64,000 bases of DNA from Dehalococcoidia bacterium (GCA_034414555.1 DAOUMA010000008.1:11039-75038); one strand, 5' to 3'. Positions 40,406 through 49,154 are shown, counted from the first letter of the stretch. Program-made: numbers and translations. Notes: generated from the sequence alone by a model not told the origin.

Positions 40406-41731
40406 TTATTGATAAAAATTATCAATTTTTTGTTTAATTTCATTAATCTGCCTGTTCAGCTTAGAATTAGCATTCAATTCACTAGTTATTTTTTTATAGC
40501 CATAGAGTATTGTGGCATGATTCCTCTTACCCAATACTTTGCTAATCTCGACGAAGGAGTAATTCCCCTCCTCTCGCAGAAGATATGCTGCAATTTGGCG
40601 CGCTAAAGAAGTCTCCTTATCCCTCTTTCTGCCTAGCAATTGGTCTAGCGGACAATTAAAATAATCGGCTACTGTTTGCACTATTAGTTTACCATCATCA
40701 ATGCTTTTATTAGGTGTTAGTAATTTGGTGATTATTTGTGGAGTTAAGCTAAGTCCGGTTAACTTGGTATAGGCATCGAGGTATGTTAGAGCGCCTTCAA
40801 GCTGGTAAACGTTATCCTGTATCTTCTGTGCGATAAATCGCAGCGTCTCTTCAATGATGGGGAGTCTCTTCTCTCTTGATTTAGCTTGCAGTATAGCTAA
40901 GCGTGTTTCAAAATCGAGGGGGTTAATTTGAGTAACAAGACCGCATTCCAGGTGTGACCTTAGCCTGCTGCTGATTAAGGACATCTCTTTAGGAGCGCGG
41001 TCAGCAGCGATCACGATCTGGCAATTATTATGGTAAAGCTCGTTGAAGGTGTGAAAGAAAAATTGTTGAGTCTGCTTTTTATTATTTAGCAGTTGAAAAT
41101 CATCAAAAAGTAATATATTTACCGGAGTGAATTTGCTTCGGAAACGGGCTACATCGTTTTGCTTGACTGCGAGCACAAATTCATTGGTGAATTGGTCGGC
41201 GGAGGAGTAAACCACGTTCAATCCCCTTTCTAGCGCAGCATGTCCGATAGCATGTAATAAGTGAGTCTTGCCCTGACCGGTGTTTCCGTGAATGATGAGT
41301 GGATTATAGACCAGCGATGGTTTCTCACTTACCTCTGTTGCGGCAGCATAAGCAAGGCGGTTACACTCACCCACCACAAAGCTGGTAAAAGTGTATTTCG
41401 GGTTAAATTGGTAGGTTTTTATCTTGGTGCTTATTCCTCCATCGCTCTGCAATGGCTTCGTGCTAGGTAGCGTTGGCTGCTGTACCACGAATTGGACCTC
41501 TAAGTTTTTCCCTAAGATAATAGTAAGGGTCTTCTTTATCAATGAATAAAAGCGTTTTGTAAGACACTCCGCGACGAAAGTATTGGGGACGCTGACGACG
41601 AAGACGTCGGTTTCATAATTCATGCCCGCGCTATCTCTAAGCCAGGTATCATAGTTTATTCTGTTAACCTGGAGTTGAAGCTCTCCTAAAGCTCTTGCCC
41701 AGGTCTCTTTTGCCGAAAAAGGTTCACTCAT
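40406..41731 (-). CDS. dnaA: Chromosomal replication initiator protein DnaA
   Basis: AAA+ Walker A IHGNTGQGKTHLLHAIG, sensor motifs and a C-terminal DnaA-box-binding domain at 441 aa. Confidence 0.9.
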   Translation of the reverse strand: MSEPFSAKETWARALGELQLQVNRINYDTWLRDSAGMNYETDVFVVSVPNTFVAECLTKRFYSLIKKTLTIILGKNLEVQFVVQQPTLPSTKPLQSDGGISTKIKTYQFNPKYTFTSFVVGECNRLAYAAATEVSEKPSLVYNPLIIHGNTGQGKTHLLHAIGHAALERGLNVVYSSADQFTNEFVLAVKQNDVARFRSKFTPVNILLFDDFQLLNNKKQTQQFFFHTFNELYHNNCQIVIAADRAPKEMSLISSRLRSHLECGLVTQINPLDFETRLAILQAKSREKRLPIIEETLRFIAQKIQDNVYQLEGALTYLDAYTKLTGLSLTPQIITKLLTPNKSIDDGKLIVQTVADYFNCPLDQLLGRKRDKETSLARQIAAYLLREEGNYSFVEISKVLGKRNHATILYGYKKITSELNANSKLNRQINEIKQKIDNFYQ

Positions 41732-41858
41732 AGAGACAAATCATCATTAATCACACAGGGATTAAGCAGAGAATGCAAAAATCAAGTTATCAAAAGATTT
41801 TTTCCTCCTCTAGGGGGGTTTTGACATAACGAAAAAAAAATTTGAAAATACTATTGAG
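41732..41858. other. dnaA upstream region with DnaA-box-like sites (TTAATCACA, TTATCAAAA) and A-tract unwinding-like element
   Basis: Boxes and cgaaaaaaaaatttgaaaatact read directly from the sequence. Confidence 0.35.
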
Positions 41859-42797
41859 TTGGCTATGTCGGTTATTTTCATGGGCACGCCGCAGTTTGCC
41901 GTGCCAGTATTGGAATCTTTGCTTAATGGTTCTTACCAGGTAGTGGCAGTATGCACCCAACCTGATAAGCCTACTGGGAGAAAGCGGGAACTTATTCCTT
42001 CGCCGGTAAAAGCTCTAGCTTTGAGTCGCCATATCCCTGTTATGCAACCAAAGACGTTTAAGTCGCCGCAAGCGGTGGAGGAACTGACTCGATTCTGCCC
42101 TGATTTAATCGTGGTTGCTGCTTTTGGTCTCATTCTTCCTCCTGCGGTGTTATCCCTGCCCCAGTTTGGTTGTCTTAATGTTCATCCTTCATTATTGCCC
42201 CGTCATCGTGGGCCATCACCTGTGGCTGGTGCTATTCTTGAGGGGGATGAAATTACCGCCGTCACTATCATGTTATTGGGTGCAGGATTGGACAGCGGCC
42301 CCATTTTAGCCCAGCGGGAAATACCTATCCTGCCTGAGGACACCACTGGCTCGCTCACTGACAAGCTGGCTCAACTGGGAGCGGCTCTTTTGATGGATAT
42401 TTTACCGGGATGGCTTGAGGGCAAGATTAAGCCACAACCTCAAGATGAAAGCAGAGCTACTTACACCAGGCTGATAACCAGCAGGGATGGGGAGATAAAC
42501 TGGCATTTCCCTGCTGTGGAAATCTGGCGAATGGTAAGGGCTTATAACCCATGGCCAGTTTGCTATAGCTGGTGGTGCGGCAAAAGGATTAAAATCCACA
42601 GTGCTATCCCTCTGGAGGGTGTAACTCAAGGAAAGGTGGGGGAGGTGGTGGCTTTGCCTTCGTCACACGGAGTAGGTGTGGTCACCGGAGATGGCATCCT
42701 CGAACTCGATGAAGTGCAACTGGCAGGGAAAAGGGAAATGTCAATTGCTGAGTTTATGAGAGGGCAGAGGGACTTCATCGGCTCAGTCCTGGGTTGA
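41859..42797 (+). CDS. fmt: Methionyl-tRNA formyltransferase
   Basis: VIFMGTPQFAVPVLESL N-terminus, formyltransferase HPSLLP motif and C-terminal domain at 312 aa. Confidence 0.9.
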   Translation: MAMSVIFMGTPQFAVPVLESLLNGSYQVVAVCTQPDKPTGRKRELIPSPVKALALSRHIPVMQPKTFKSPQAVEELTRFCPDLIVVAAFGLILPPAVLSLPQFGCLNVHPSLLPRHRGPSPVAGAILEGDEITAVTIMLLGAGLDSGPILAQREIPILPEDTTGSLTDKLAQLGAALLMDILPGWLEGKIKPQPQDESRATYTRLITSRDGEINWHFPAVEIWRMVRAYNPWPVCYSWWCGKRIKIHSAIPLEGVTQGKVGEVVALPSSHGVGVVTGDGILELDEVQLAGKREMSIAEFMRGQRDFIGSVLG

Positions 42798-42859
42798 GGG
42801 TGCTGCTTATTTGACCTGATTTCTATTTAGTAATAATATTTTTCACGGAGTTTTGAGAG

Positions 42860-43570
42860 ATGTTTTTCTTGTTTGACCCAACGTGGTTTTTATTTATGAT
42901 ACCCCCGTTTATATTCATGATTTACGCTCAGGTGAAGGTAAATTCGGCATTCAAGAAATATTCTCGGGTGCGTAATATGCACGGGGTTACTGGAGCGGAA
43001 GTAGCTGGGACACTTTTAAGGGATAAGGAGCTGGACGATGTCAGGCTGGAGCAAATAAAAACTAGACTAGGCGACCACTATGACCCCAGAAACAAGGTGT
43101 TGCGACTTTCTCCCGAGGTCTATTCCACACCTTCAGTGGCAGCATTGGGAATCGTGGCTCATGAAATCGGACACGCTGTTCAGGACAAGAGTGGTTACGC
43201 CTTTTTGAGATTTCGCACTGCTTTGGTCCCCGCGGCCAATATCGGCAGCCAGTTGGGTTGGATATGCGTCATAATCGGTCTGTTTCTCTATCTTCTCGCC
43301 GGTAAATTTGGGCTAACCGTTGTTTGGAGTGGTATTTTCCTGTTTGCCCTGGCGGTTCTTTTTTCCTTGGTTACCCTTCCTGTGGAATTTAATGCCAGCA
43401 GTAGGGCTCTTCACATGTTGCGTGGTAGCGGTTTGGTCTCCGTTGAGGAATACAATGGTGCCCGGGCTGTCCTTTCTGCAGCAGCGCTAACCTATGTAGC
43501 TGCCTTTTTCCAGGCACTGGCGCAACTGATGTATTTTTTGTTGCTTGCCGTAGGCTTAGGCCGCAGGTAG
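42860..43570 (+). CDS. Zinc metallopeptidase (Zn_peptidase_2 / YpfJ-like membrane protein)
   Basis: HEIGHAVQD zinc motif, membrane helices and a family-typical N-terminus. Confidence 0.7.
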   Translation: MFFLFDPTWFLFMIPPFIFMIYAQVKVNSAFKKYSRVRNMHGVTGAEVAGTLLRDKELDDVRLEQIKTRLGDHYDPRNKVLRLSPEVYSTPSVAALGIVAHEIGHAVQDKSGYAFLRFRTALVPAANIGSQLGWICVIIGLFLYLLAGKFGLTVVWSGIFLFALAVLFSLVTLPVEFNASSRALHMLRGSGLVSVEEYNGARAVLSAAALTYVAAFFQALAQLMYFLLLAVGLGRR

Positions 43571-43825
43571 TTTTTGTTGGCTAAGTGCCCAAATTATGAT
43601 AAGGAATCTCCCCTCATTTCCCGAAACCAATTTAACTTCCCAGCTCTCCCCTAGAAGTGGAATCGGTCCTCAATGCCGCATTTGCGTAAAGTAATGTCGC
43701 CTACCATCGACTAGCAGGAACTCTTGTGGGCTCCACAATAATGAAGGGAATAAGCTTGAAGGTTCTCCGCTTCTAGGGGCGATTACTAAGGACGTGGCTT
43801 ATGTTTAATCCCTACTGTTTGCTGG

Positions 43826-44122
43826 TCAAAGTTGCTTACTGGCTTTAAGCTCGTTGTAGCACTCGTTGCAATATACCGGTCTGCCTTCACGAGGCTGGAA
43901 CGGTACTTCTGTGGCTTTACCACAACGGGCGCACACTGCGGAGAACATCTCACGGTTGAAGCTGCTTCCGTAGCGCTGGGATTTCCTTGCTTTGCGGCAC
44001 GCCGGGCAACGCTTGGGCTCATGAGCATAACCTTTAGAAGCAAAGAACTCTTGTTCCTCAGCGGTGAAGGTGTAAGTAGCCCCACAATCAGCGCACTCGA
44101 GTGTTTTGTCTTCGTAGCCCAT
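43826..44122 (-). CDS. Zinc-ribbon domain protein (two CxxC...CxxC pairs)
   Basis: CADCG ... CPACR ... CARCG ... CNECY at 98 aa. Confidence 0.5.
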   Translation of the reverse strand: MGYEDKTLECADCGATYTFTAEEQEFFASKGYAHEPKRCPACRKARKSQRYGSSFNREMFSAVCARCGKATEVPFQPREGRPVYCNECYNELKASKQL

Positions 44123-44377
44123 TGAATGACCTCCTCTCTATTAAATTGTTAGGTAGAGTTTCGGTCATTCAGCACCTTGAATAATTTAACCCGGTATGTA
44201 ATGACCTAGTACTAACTCCAACGGAAATATATTATATACCACAACGATTTATATTGCAAGAGCCTGTACTCGCTCAGATAGATAGGTGACACCTTAAAGT
44301 ATGAAGATCGTGTACTATTTTGAGCTTAAACTTTGGGCTCAAATAATTCTTTGCTTTGTGCAAGTCCTCCCCCACAC

Positions 44378-44412
44378 GTCATTGCTTCGTCGCTATCACC
44401 CCTCGCAATGAC
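44378..44412. repeat. Palindromic repeat element, short copy B (GTCATTGCTTCGTCGCT ... CTCGCAATGAC)
   Basis: Same outer half-sites as copy A at 4312-4407. Confidence 0.45.
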
Positions 44413-44473
44413 AGAAAGAGCAGGCTTGATTTAGCTTTTGGGGACAATGTGGTAAAATCTTCTGTGATTAGCT

Positions 44474-44857
44474 ATGCCAGTTTACGAATACCGTTGTAAT
44501 TCTTGCCACCGTAAGGTTAGTTTATATCACCCCAAGTTTTCTTCAGATATCCCTGGTTGCCCTCACTGCGGGGGTGAGCTTAAGCGAATATTTTCCACTT
44601 TCGCTATGCATAAGACCGGCGAGGATGTTTATGACGATATACTTTCTGACCAGAACTTGACTGAAGGAATGATGCGAAATGACCCCCGAGCTTTAATTGA
44701 GTGGAACAAGCGAATGACTGGTGGTGAAGAAGTCCCCCCTGATTATGAGGAGATAACGGAAAGAATGGAGAGGGGGGAGTGGCCTGTTGAGCAAATCGAG
44801 CAAAAGAGAAGAGAGGTAATGGACTTGCCCGAGCCACCAAAGAAAGGAGAGGATTAA
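44474..44857 (+). CDS. FmdB-family zinc-ribbon protein
   Basis: MPVYEYRCNSCH ... CPHCGG is the FmdB signature (MPxYEYxCxxCG). Acidic C-terminal tail. Confidence 0.6.
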   Translation: MPVYEYRCNSCHRKVSLYHPKFSSDIPGCPHCGGELKRIFSTFAMHKTGEDVYDDILSDQNLTEGMMRNDPRALIEWNKRMTGGEEVPPDYEEITERMERGEWPVEQIEQKRREVMDLPEPPKKGED

Positions 44858-44869
44858 CAAGGAGGCAAG

Positions 44870-45244
44870 GTGCCAATCTATGAATTTATCTGCCAAGATT
44901 GCCATAAAAAGACCAGCGTTCTGGTAAGGAGTGTCTCGGAGTCTGTTACCCTTGCCTGTCACTTTTGCGGCAGTGCTAGTTTATCCCGTACCGTATCAAG
45001 TTTCGCTTATCACAAGTCACTACAAACTGTATGGGAGGAGAGTGGCGAGCCGTCATCGCATCCCAGCGATGATTATTACAAAGACCCTCGCAATATCGGT
45101 CGCTGGGCGGAGAAAAAGTTCCAAGAAATGGGTGAAGAGATGCCTTCCCAGCTTAAGGAGGAAATACAGGCAGCCCGAGAAGGTGTGATGCCCGAGCCGC
45201 TGAAGGATTTGCAGAATGCCTCACCAACCGCTTCGTATAGTTGA
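44870..45244 (+). CDS. FmdB-family zinc-ribbon protein (tandem paralogue)
   Basis: MPIYEFICQDCH ... CHFCGS. GTG start with AAGGAGG RBS. Acidic tail. Confidence 0.6.
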   Translation: MPIYEFICQDCHKKTSVLVRSVSESVTLACHFCGSASLSRTVSSFAYHKSLQTVWEESGEPSSHPSDDYYKDPRNIGRWAEKKFQEMGEEMPSQLKEEIQAAREGVMPEPLKDLQNASPTASYS

Positions 45245-46349
45245 TGCCAACCTTAACCGCTCTGCTGAAGGGTTGCGCGTTCTGGAAGATGTTGCCCGCT
45301 TCGTTCTAAATGACGCCGCATTGAGCCAGCAGTTAAGGACTATCCGTCACAATCTGGCCGATGCCGGCAGGTCACTGGGCGTAATTCTTCTGGAGGAAAG
45401 GGACTCGGAACACGATGTCGGCATTAGCAAAGAAAATGCCATTGCGAGCCCCTCCTCTGTCATTGCGAGCCGAAGGCGAAGCAATCTCAAGGAAGCAAAG
45501 CAGTCCTACCCCGATTTAATTAGCCTAGTCGAAGCCAATGCTAACAGGGTGGAGGAGTCGCTGCGGGTGTTGGAGGAACTGGCCAAGTTAGCAGGGTTAA
45601 GCTCCAGGCTGGATGCGGTGAAATTCGAGCAGGCGAGGTTCAGCCTTTATTCGGCGGAAAAAGCGATGGTGGCTAAGCTAACACGGCAGGATAAGGTAAA
45701 ACAGTTGCCCGGGCTTTATGTCATTCTGGACAGGCAGGCTCTGGCTGGCAGGGACGAACTGGAGGTAGCTGGCGAGATTGTTCAAGGAGGGGCCAGGGTT
45801 ATCCAGCTCCGGGATAAACGGAGCTACAAGGGGGAATTGCTGCCTATTGCCCAAGGGCTTAAGGAGTTATGTGCAAAGTCAGGCGTTTTATTCATCGTCA
45901 ACGACTATCTTGATTTAGCACTGGCAGTTGATGCTGATGGTCTCCATCTGGGGCAGAAAGATTTGCCGGTTCATATTGCCCGGAGAGAATTGCCCATCGA
46001 TAAAATAATTGGCAGCTCGGTTACCACGGTATCACGGGCGATCGAGATGAGGGATGAAGGGGCGGATTATATTTCCGTGGGAGTCATGTTCCCCACGAGA
46101 GGCAAAGAAGGGGTGGTGGTTGTTGGGCTGGATATGCTCCAGCAGGTCAAAAAGGCAATATCATCTCCACTGGTGGCTATCGGCGGCATTGATGAGAGTA
46201 ATGTTGGCGAGGTAATCGCTGCTGGTGCTGATTGTGTCGCTGTGATTAACGCCGTGTTAGGCAAACCGGATGTCCGCAAAGCCACCAGACAACTGGTCAG
46301 CCAGATAAAGAGAGCAAAAAGAAAATGCCAGGGTTATCAGACGAGTTAG
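45216..46349 (+). CDS. thiE: Thiamine-phosphate synthase with ~160-aa N-terminal extension
   Basis: C-terminal 215 aa are a ThiE TIM barrel (LYVILDRQ ... VIQLRDK ... GADYISVGVMFPT ... AIGGI). The N-terminal part contains two related helices (ANLNRSAEGLRVLEDVARF / ANANRVEESLRVLEELAKL) separated by a segment encoded by repeat copy C. Confidence 0.75.
   Translation: MPHQPLRIVDANLNRSAEGLRVLEDVARFVLNDAALSQQLRTIRHNLADAGRSLGVILLEERDSEHDVGISKENAIASPSSVIASRRRSNLKEAKQSYPDLISLVEANANRVEESLRVLEELAKLAGLSSRLDAVKFEQARFSLYSAEKAMVAKLTRQDKVKQLPGLYVILDRQALAGRDELEVAGEIVQGGARVIQLRDKRSYKGELLPIAQGLKELCAKSGVLFIVNDYLDLALAVDADGLHLGQKDLPVHIARRELPIDKIIGSSVTTVSRAIEMRDEGADYISVGVMFPTRGKEGVVVVGLDMLQQVKKAISSPLVAIGGIDESNVGEVIAAGADCVAVINAVLGKPDVRKATRQLVSQIKRAKRKCQGYQTS
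45439..45488. repeat. Palindromic repeat element copy C, embedded in-frame within thiE
   Basis: ccattgcgagcc ... gtcattgcgagccgaaggcgaagcaatctc translates as AIASPSSVIASRRRSNL in the thiE frame. Confidence 0.4.
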
Positions 46350-46951
46350 AAGCTATTGCCGCAAAGATTCGCTCCTACTTCACCGCTGAGGATGAAGCCC
46401 GGGAGAAGGCTTTGCGCCTCTGCCGCCAGATAATTCGCAATAGTGCCAATGCCATAAGGGCTGTTCATCGTCAGGAGCAGGATAAGGCAAGACAAATTCT
46501 TGACTCAACTTACAAATTGGTTCAGGAGATAAATGATAGCCTCAGTGACCATCCCGGTTTGCTCTATTCAGGATTCGTTCATGATGCTAAAAAGGAGTTT
46601 GCCGAAGGGAGCATCACCTTGGCTTTAATTGCCGGTGGCAAGCTTCCTGAACCTGAGACGGTAGGCGTTGATTACGCTGCCTATCTCAACGGACTTGGTG
46701 AGGCGGTGGGTGAATTGAGGCGCTATATATTGGATAGCATGAGGAGAGATGATTTCTCCCGCTGCGAGGAATTGCTAAACGCTATGGACGACGTTTATGG
46801 CACATTGATGACCATGGATTTCACCGAAATCATCACCCATGGCTTAAGACGAACTACAGATGCCATCCGGGGCATTATCGAGAGGACTCGTGGTGATGTG
46901 ACCATGGCTTTGCGGCAAAAGGAGCTGGAAGCAAAGCTGGGTAAACAGTAA
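46325..46951 (+). CDS. Translin-family protein
   Basis: All-alpha 208-aa protein. YLNGLGEAVGELRRYILDSM resembles the translin LLGLADLTGELMR core motif. Confidence 0.45.
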   Translation: MPGLSDELEAIAAKIRSYFTAEDEAREKALRLCRQIIRNSANAIRAVHRQEQDKARQILDSTYKLVQEINDSLSDHPGLLYSGFVHDAKKEFAEGSITLALIAGGKLPEPETVGVDYAAYLNGLGEAVGELRRYILDSMRRDDFSRCEELLNAMDDVYGTLMTMDFTEIITHGLRRTTDAIRGIIERTRGDVTMALRQKELEAKLGKQ

Positions 46952-47071
46952 CTGGTTATTAAGAGGGTGTTTTAAAATGTAGTTGCCCAATTTATTGGGC
47001 AAATGCGCCTGATGAATCAGGCAACTACAGAAATTTGGGGGTGAAACATTTATTAATTGAGGGAGGTAGTC

Positions 47072-47590
47072 ATGAAAGAGTCGTGGGATGCTATATTACA
47101 GAAGGCGTTTGAGTCTGCCCGCAAATACGAGATGAAGTGTACTGGGTGTGCCCAGACGACCATTGCGGGCATCTTCGATGCCTTAGACATTGAAAATGAT
47201 GATGTGTTCCGAAGCGCAAGTGGGCTTGCGGATGGGTTGGGCTTAACCGGCGATGGTTCGTGCGGTGCCCTTGTTGGCGGTTCCATGGTCATCAGTTACC
47301 TCTTTGGCCGGGAAAAGAAGGACTTTCCTGACATGTTTAAACCCATGAGGTCATATATGATGGTTAAGAAACTTCATGATAGATTTGTGGAACAATATGG
47401 GTCATGCCGGTGCTATGATATCCAGAAGCACCTTATGGGCAGAACCTTTAATCTATATGACACATCGGAGCTGGAAAAAGCCATTGAGGCTGAGATGTTT
47501 GATCATTGTTCCAAGGTTGCTGGTACCGCTGCCAGGCTGGCTGCAGAGATAATACTGTCCGAAAGGGAGCGCCAAAAAGGCGAAAAATAA
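47072..47590 (+). CDS. C_GCAxxG_C_C family protein (putative redox-active protein)
   Basis: CTGCAQTTIAG ... GSCGALVGG ... CRCYDIQ reproduces the family-defining C-GCAxxG-C-C spacing. GGGAGG RBS before the ATG at 47072. Confidence 0.65.
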   Translation: MKESWDAILQKAFESARKYEMKCTGCAQTTIAGIFDALDIENDDVFRSASGLADGLGLTGDGSCGALVGGSMVISYLFGREKKDFPDMFKPMRSYMMVKKLHDRFVEQYGSCRCYDIQKHLMGRTFNLYDTSELEKAIEAEMFDHCSKVAGTAARLAAEIILSERERQKGEK

Positions 47591-47603
47591 TAGGGAGGTG
47601 GCC

Positions 47604-48383
47604 ATGGCACAGGATATATGGAAGGCAAAAGAGGAGCAATTGGATAGGTATCTAAGGCTGGACACATTTCCTTTAGGTGTGAGGTTCCTGAAAAAGGGAG
47701 ATGCATTTCCTGAGAAGACCACGACGCCCTCAAGCATGGGGATAAAGATTGCCCTGTGCCAGGCAACGAATCTTGCCCGGAGATGGAAATGGTCTATGGG
47801 GATTGAAGAAGGTGACATAAATTGTATTCCGGCTCTTGTTGGCTTTGGCTGGAGACAGCCTGAAAATATAGACGCAATGCTCGATTTCCTTATAAGCATG
47901 GGTTATTTTGAGACAAAAGAGGCTGCTAAGAAAACCGTGGAGAAAATGACCGTAATGGAGCCAGGGCGATTTGAACGGCTCTATATCTCCCCCCTTTCAA
48001 GGACGAAACTCGACCCGGATGTAGTGGTCATATACGGCAATCCGGCGCAAATGATGAGGCTCGCCCAGGGTTATATCTATAAAAGGGGTGGGGTTGTTAC
48101 CTCTGAGACGACCCTGGGGTTTACCTGTGCCAGTGAGATGATATGGCCATTGAAACAGGGGAAAGCCTGCTTCATTCATCCCGGCAGGGGCGAAAGGGTG
48201 CTCGGGCTTACCCAGGACCACGAGATGGCATTCTCCTTGCCCGCATCTCAGTTGGATGACTTAATAGTAGGTCTTGAGGTAACGCATAAAGGGGGTACGC
48301 GCTATCCTGTCCAGAGCTATCTATTATTTCAGCCCATGCAGCTCCCCCAGTTCCAAGAGCTGGAAAAACACCTGAAGCCTTGA
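47604..48383 (+). CDS. DUF169 (COG2043) family protein
   Basis: N-terminal ..LRLDTFPLGVRFLKKGD.. pattern of DUF169. GGGAGG RBS 5 nt before the ATG at 47604. Confidence 0.5.
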   Translation: MAQDIWKAKEEQLDRYLRLDTFPLGVRFLKKGDAFPEKTTTPSSMGIKIALCQATNLARRWKWSMGIEEGDINCIPALVGFGWRQPENIDAMLDFLISMGYFETKEAAKKTVEKMTVMEPGRFERLYISPLSRTKLDPDVVVIYGNPAQMMRLAQGYIYKRGGVVTSETTLGFTCASEMIWPLKQGKACFIHPGRGERVLGLTQDHEMAFSLPASQLDDLIVGLEVTHKGGTRYPVQSYLLFQPMQLPQFQELEKHLKP

Positions 48384-48506
48384 ATGTGTGGAGCAGAGTT
48401 CAAATAAGCTAATTAACCTGTGTTTCCCGTATCAAGCTGGGTCTGGGTGTATAGGCATCTTGCTCTGGTAAAATAGCTACAAAAGCCCCTTATTTTGCTT
48501 CATCCG

Positions 48507-48647
48507 ATGGGGTTGCTGGAGGAACCTCTGGGTGAAAAACCTAAAGAGGCATTGAGAGTTCAATTCGATAAGAGGCTGAGGCTGGAGTTCCATGGTGCTA
48601 GGATTGCTTCGGATGCAGGGCTGTGCTTGAAAAAATTAATGGAATAA
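48507..48647 (+). mobile_element. Truncated N-terminal remnant of an IS-type (IS1380-like DDE) transposase gene
   Basis: 47-codon ORF ..EALRVQFDKRLRLEFHGARIASDAGLCLKKLME* resembles the conserved N-terminal FDGxRLTSDAGLLLL block of IS1380-family transposases. No DDE domain follows. Confidence 0.3.
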
Positions 48648-48720
48648 AATGCAACCTTTTTAAGGCTGGAGCGTTATAGTAGTTAGAAGAAGAATTAATC
48701 ATTAAAAGAAGGAGGTTCCA

Positions 48721-49098
48721 ATGAAAGGATTTGCGACTGTGGCGGTGATATCAATGCTGGTGGTCTCTTTGATAGCCGGCTGTAGTGGGGCAGTGGCCTA
48801 CACTGACCCCGAGCGGGTGATAAACACCACCGTTAACCAGGAGTTTACTATCGCTTTGGACTCAAACCCTACTACCGGTTATAACTGGGAGGTAAGTTAC
48901 GACGAGAATATGCTTAGCTTGGAAAAGGAGGAATATAATCCCGATGCAAAGGCGCCGGGTCTGCTTGGTGCCGGTGGAACTCAGTATTACCGGTTCAAGG
49001 CGCTAAAGGTGGGTGCAACCGAGATAACTGTTACCTATAAACGCTCCTGGAAAACGGGATATGCCGAGCAGAAGGCATTTACCGTTGATATAAAATAA
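48721..49098 (+). CDS. Lipoprotein, protease inhibitor I42 (chagasin-like) family
   Basis: Signal peptide plus lipobox LIAGC. NPTTGYNW chagasin motif. AAGGAGG RBS. Confidence 0.6.
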   Translation: MKGFATVAVISMLVVSLIAGCSGAVAYTDPERVINTTVNQEFTIALDSNPTTGYNWEVSYDENMLSLEKEEYNPDAKAPGLLGAGGTQYYRFKALKVGATEITVTYKRSWKTGYAEQKAFTVDIK

Positions 49099-49154
49099 AG
49101 ATACGCAAAAAGGGCGTAGATAAGTGAGTTAATCCGCTGGATTAGATGCTCGTC

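Noticed and set aside
44125-44473. TPP riboswitch upstream of the FmdB/thiE block
   Set aside because: None of the hallmark elements (CUGAGA, ACCCUG, GGGGUGC-type stem) are present. The region instead carries the palindromic repeat copy B.
47057-47071. Upstream start MREVVMKES for the C_GCAxxG_C_C gene, and GTG 47598 for DUF169
   Set aside because: RBS spacing favours ATG 47072 (GGGAGG, 5-nt spacer) and ATG 47604 (GGGAGG, 5-nt spacer). The longer forms begin within or before the RBS.
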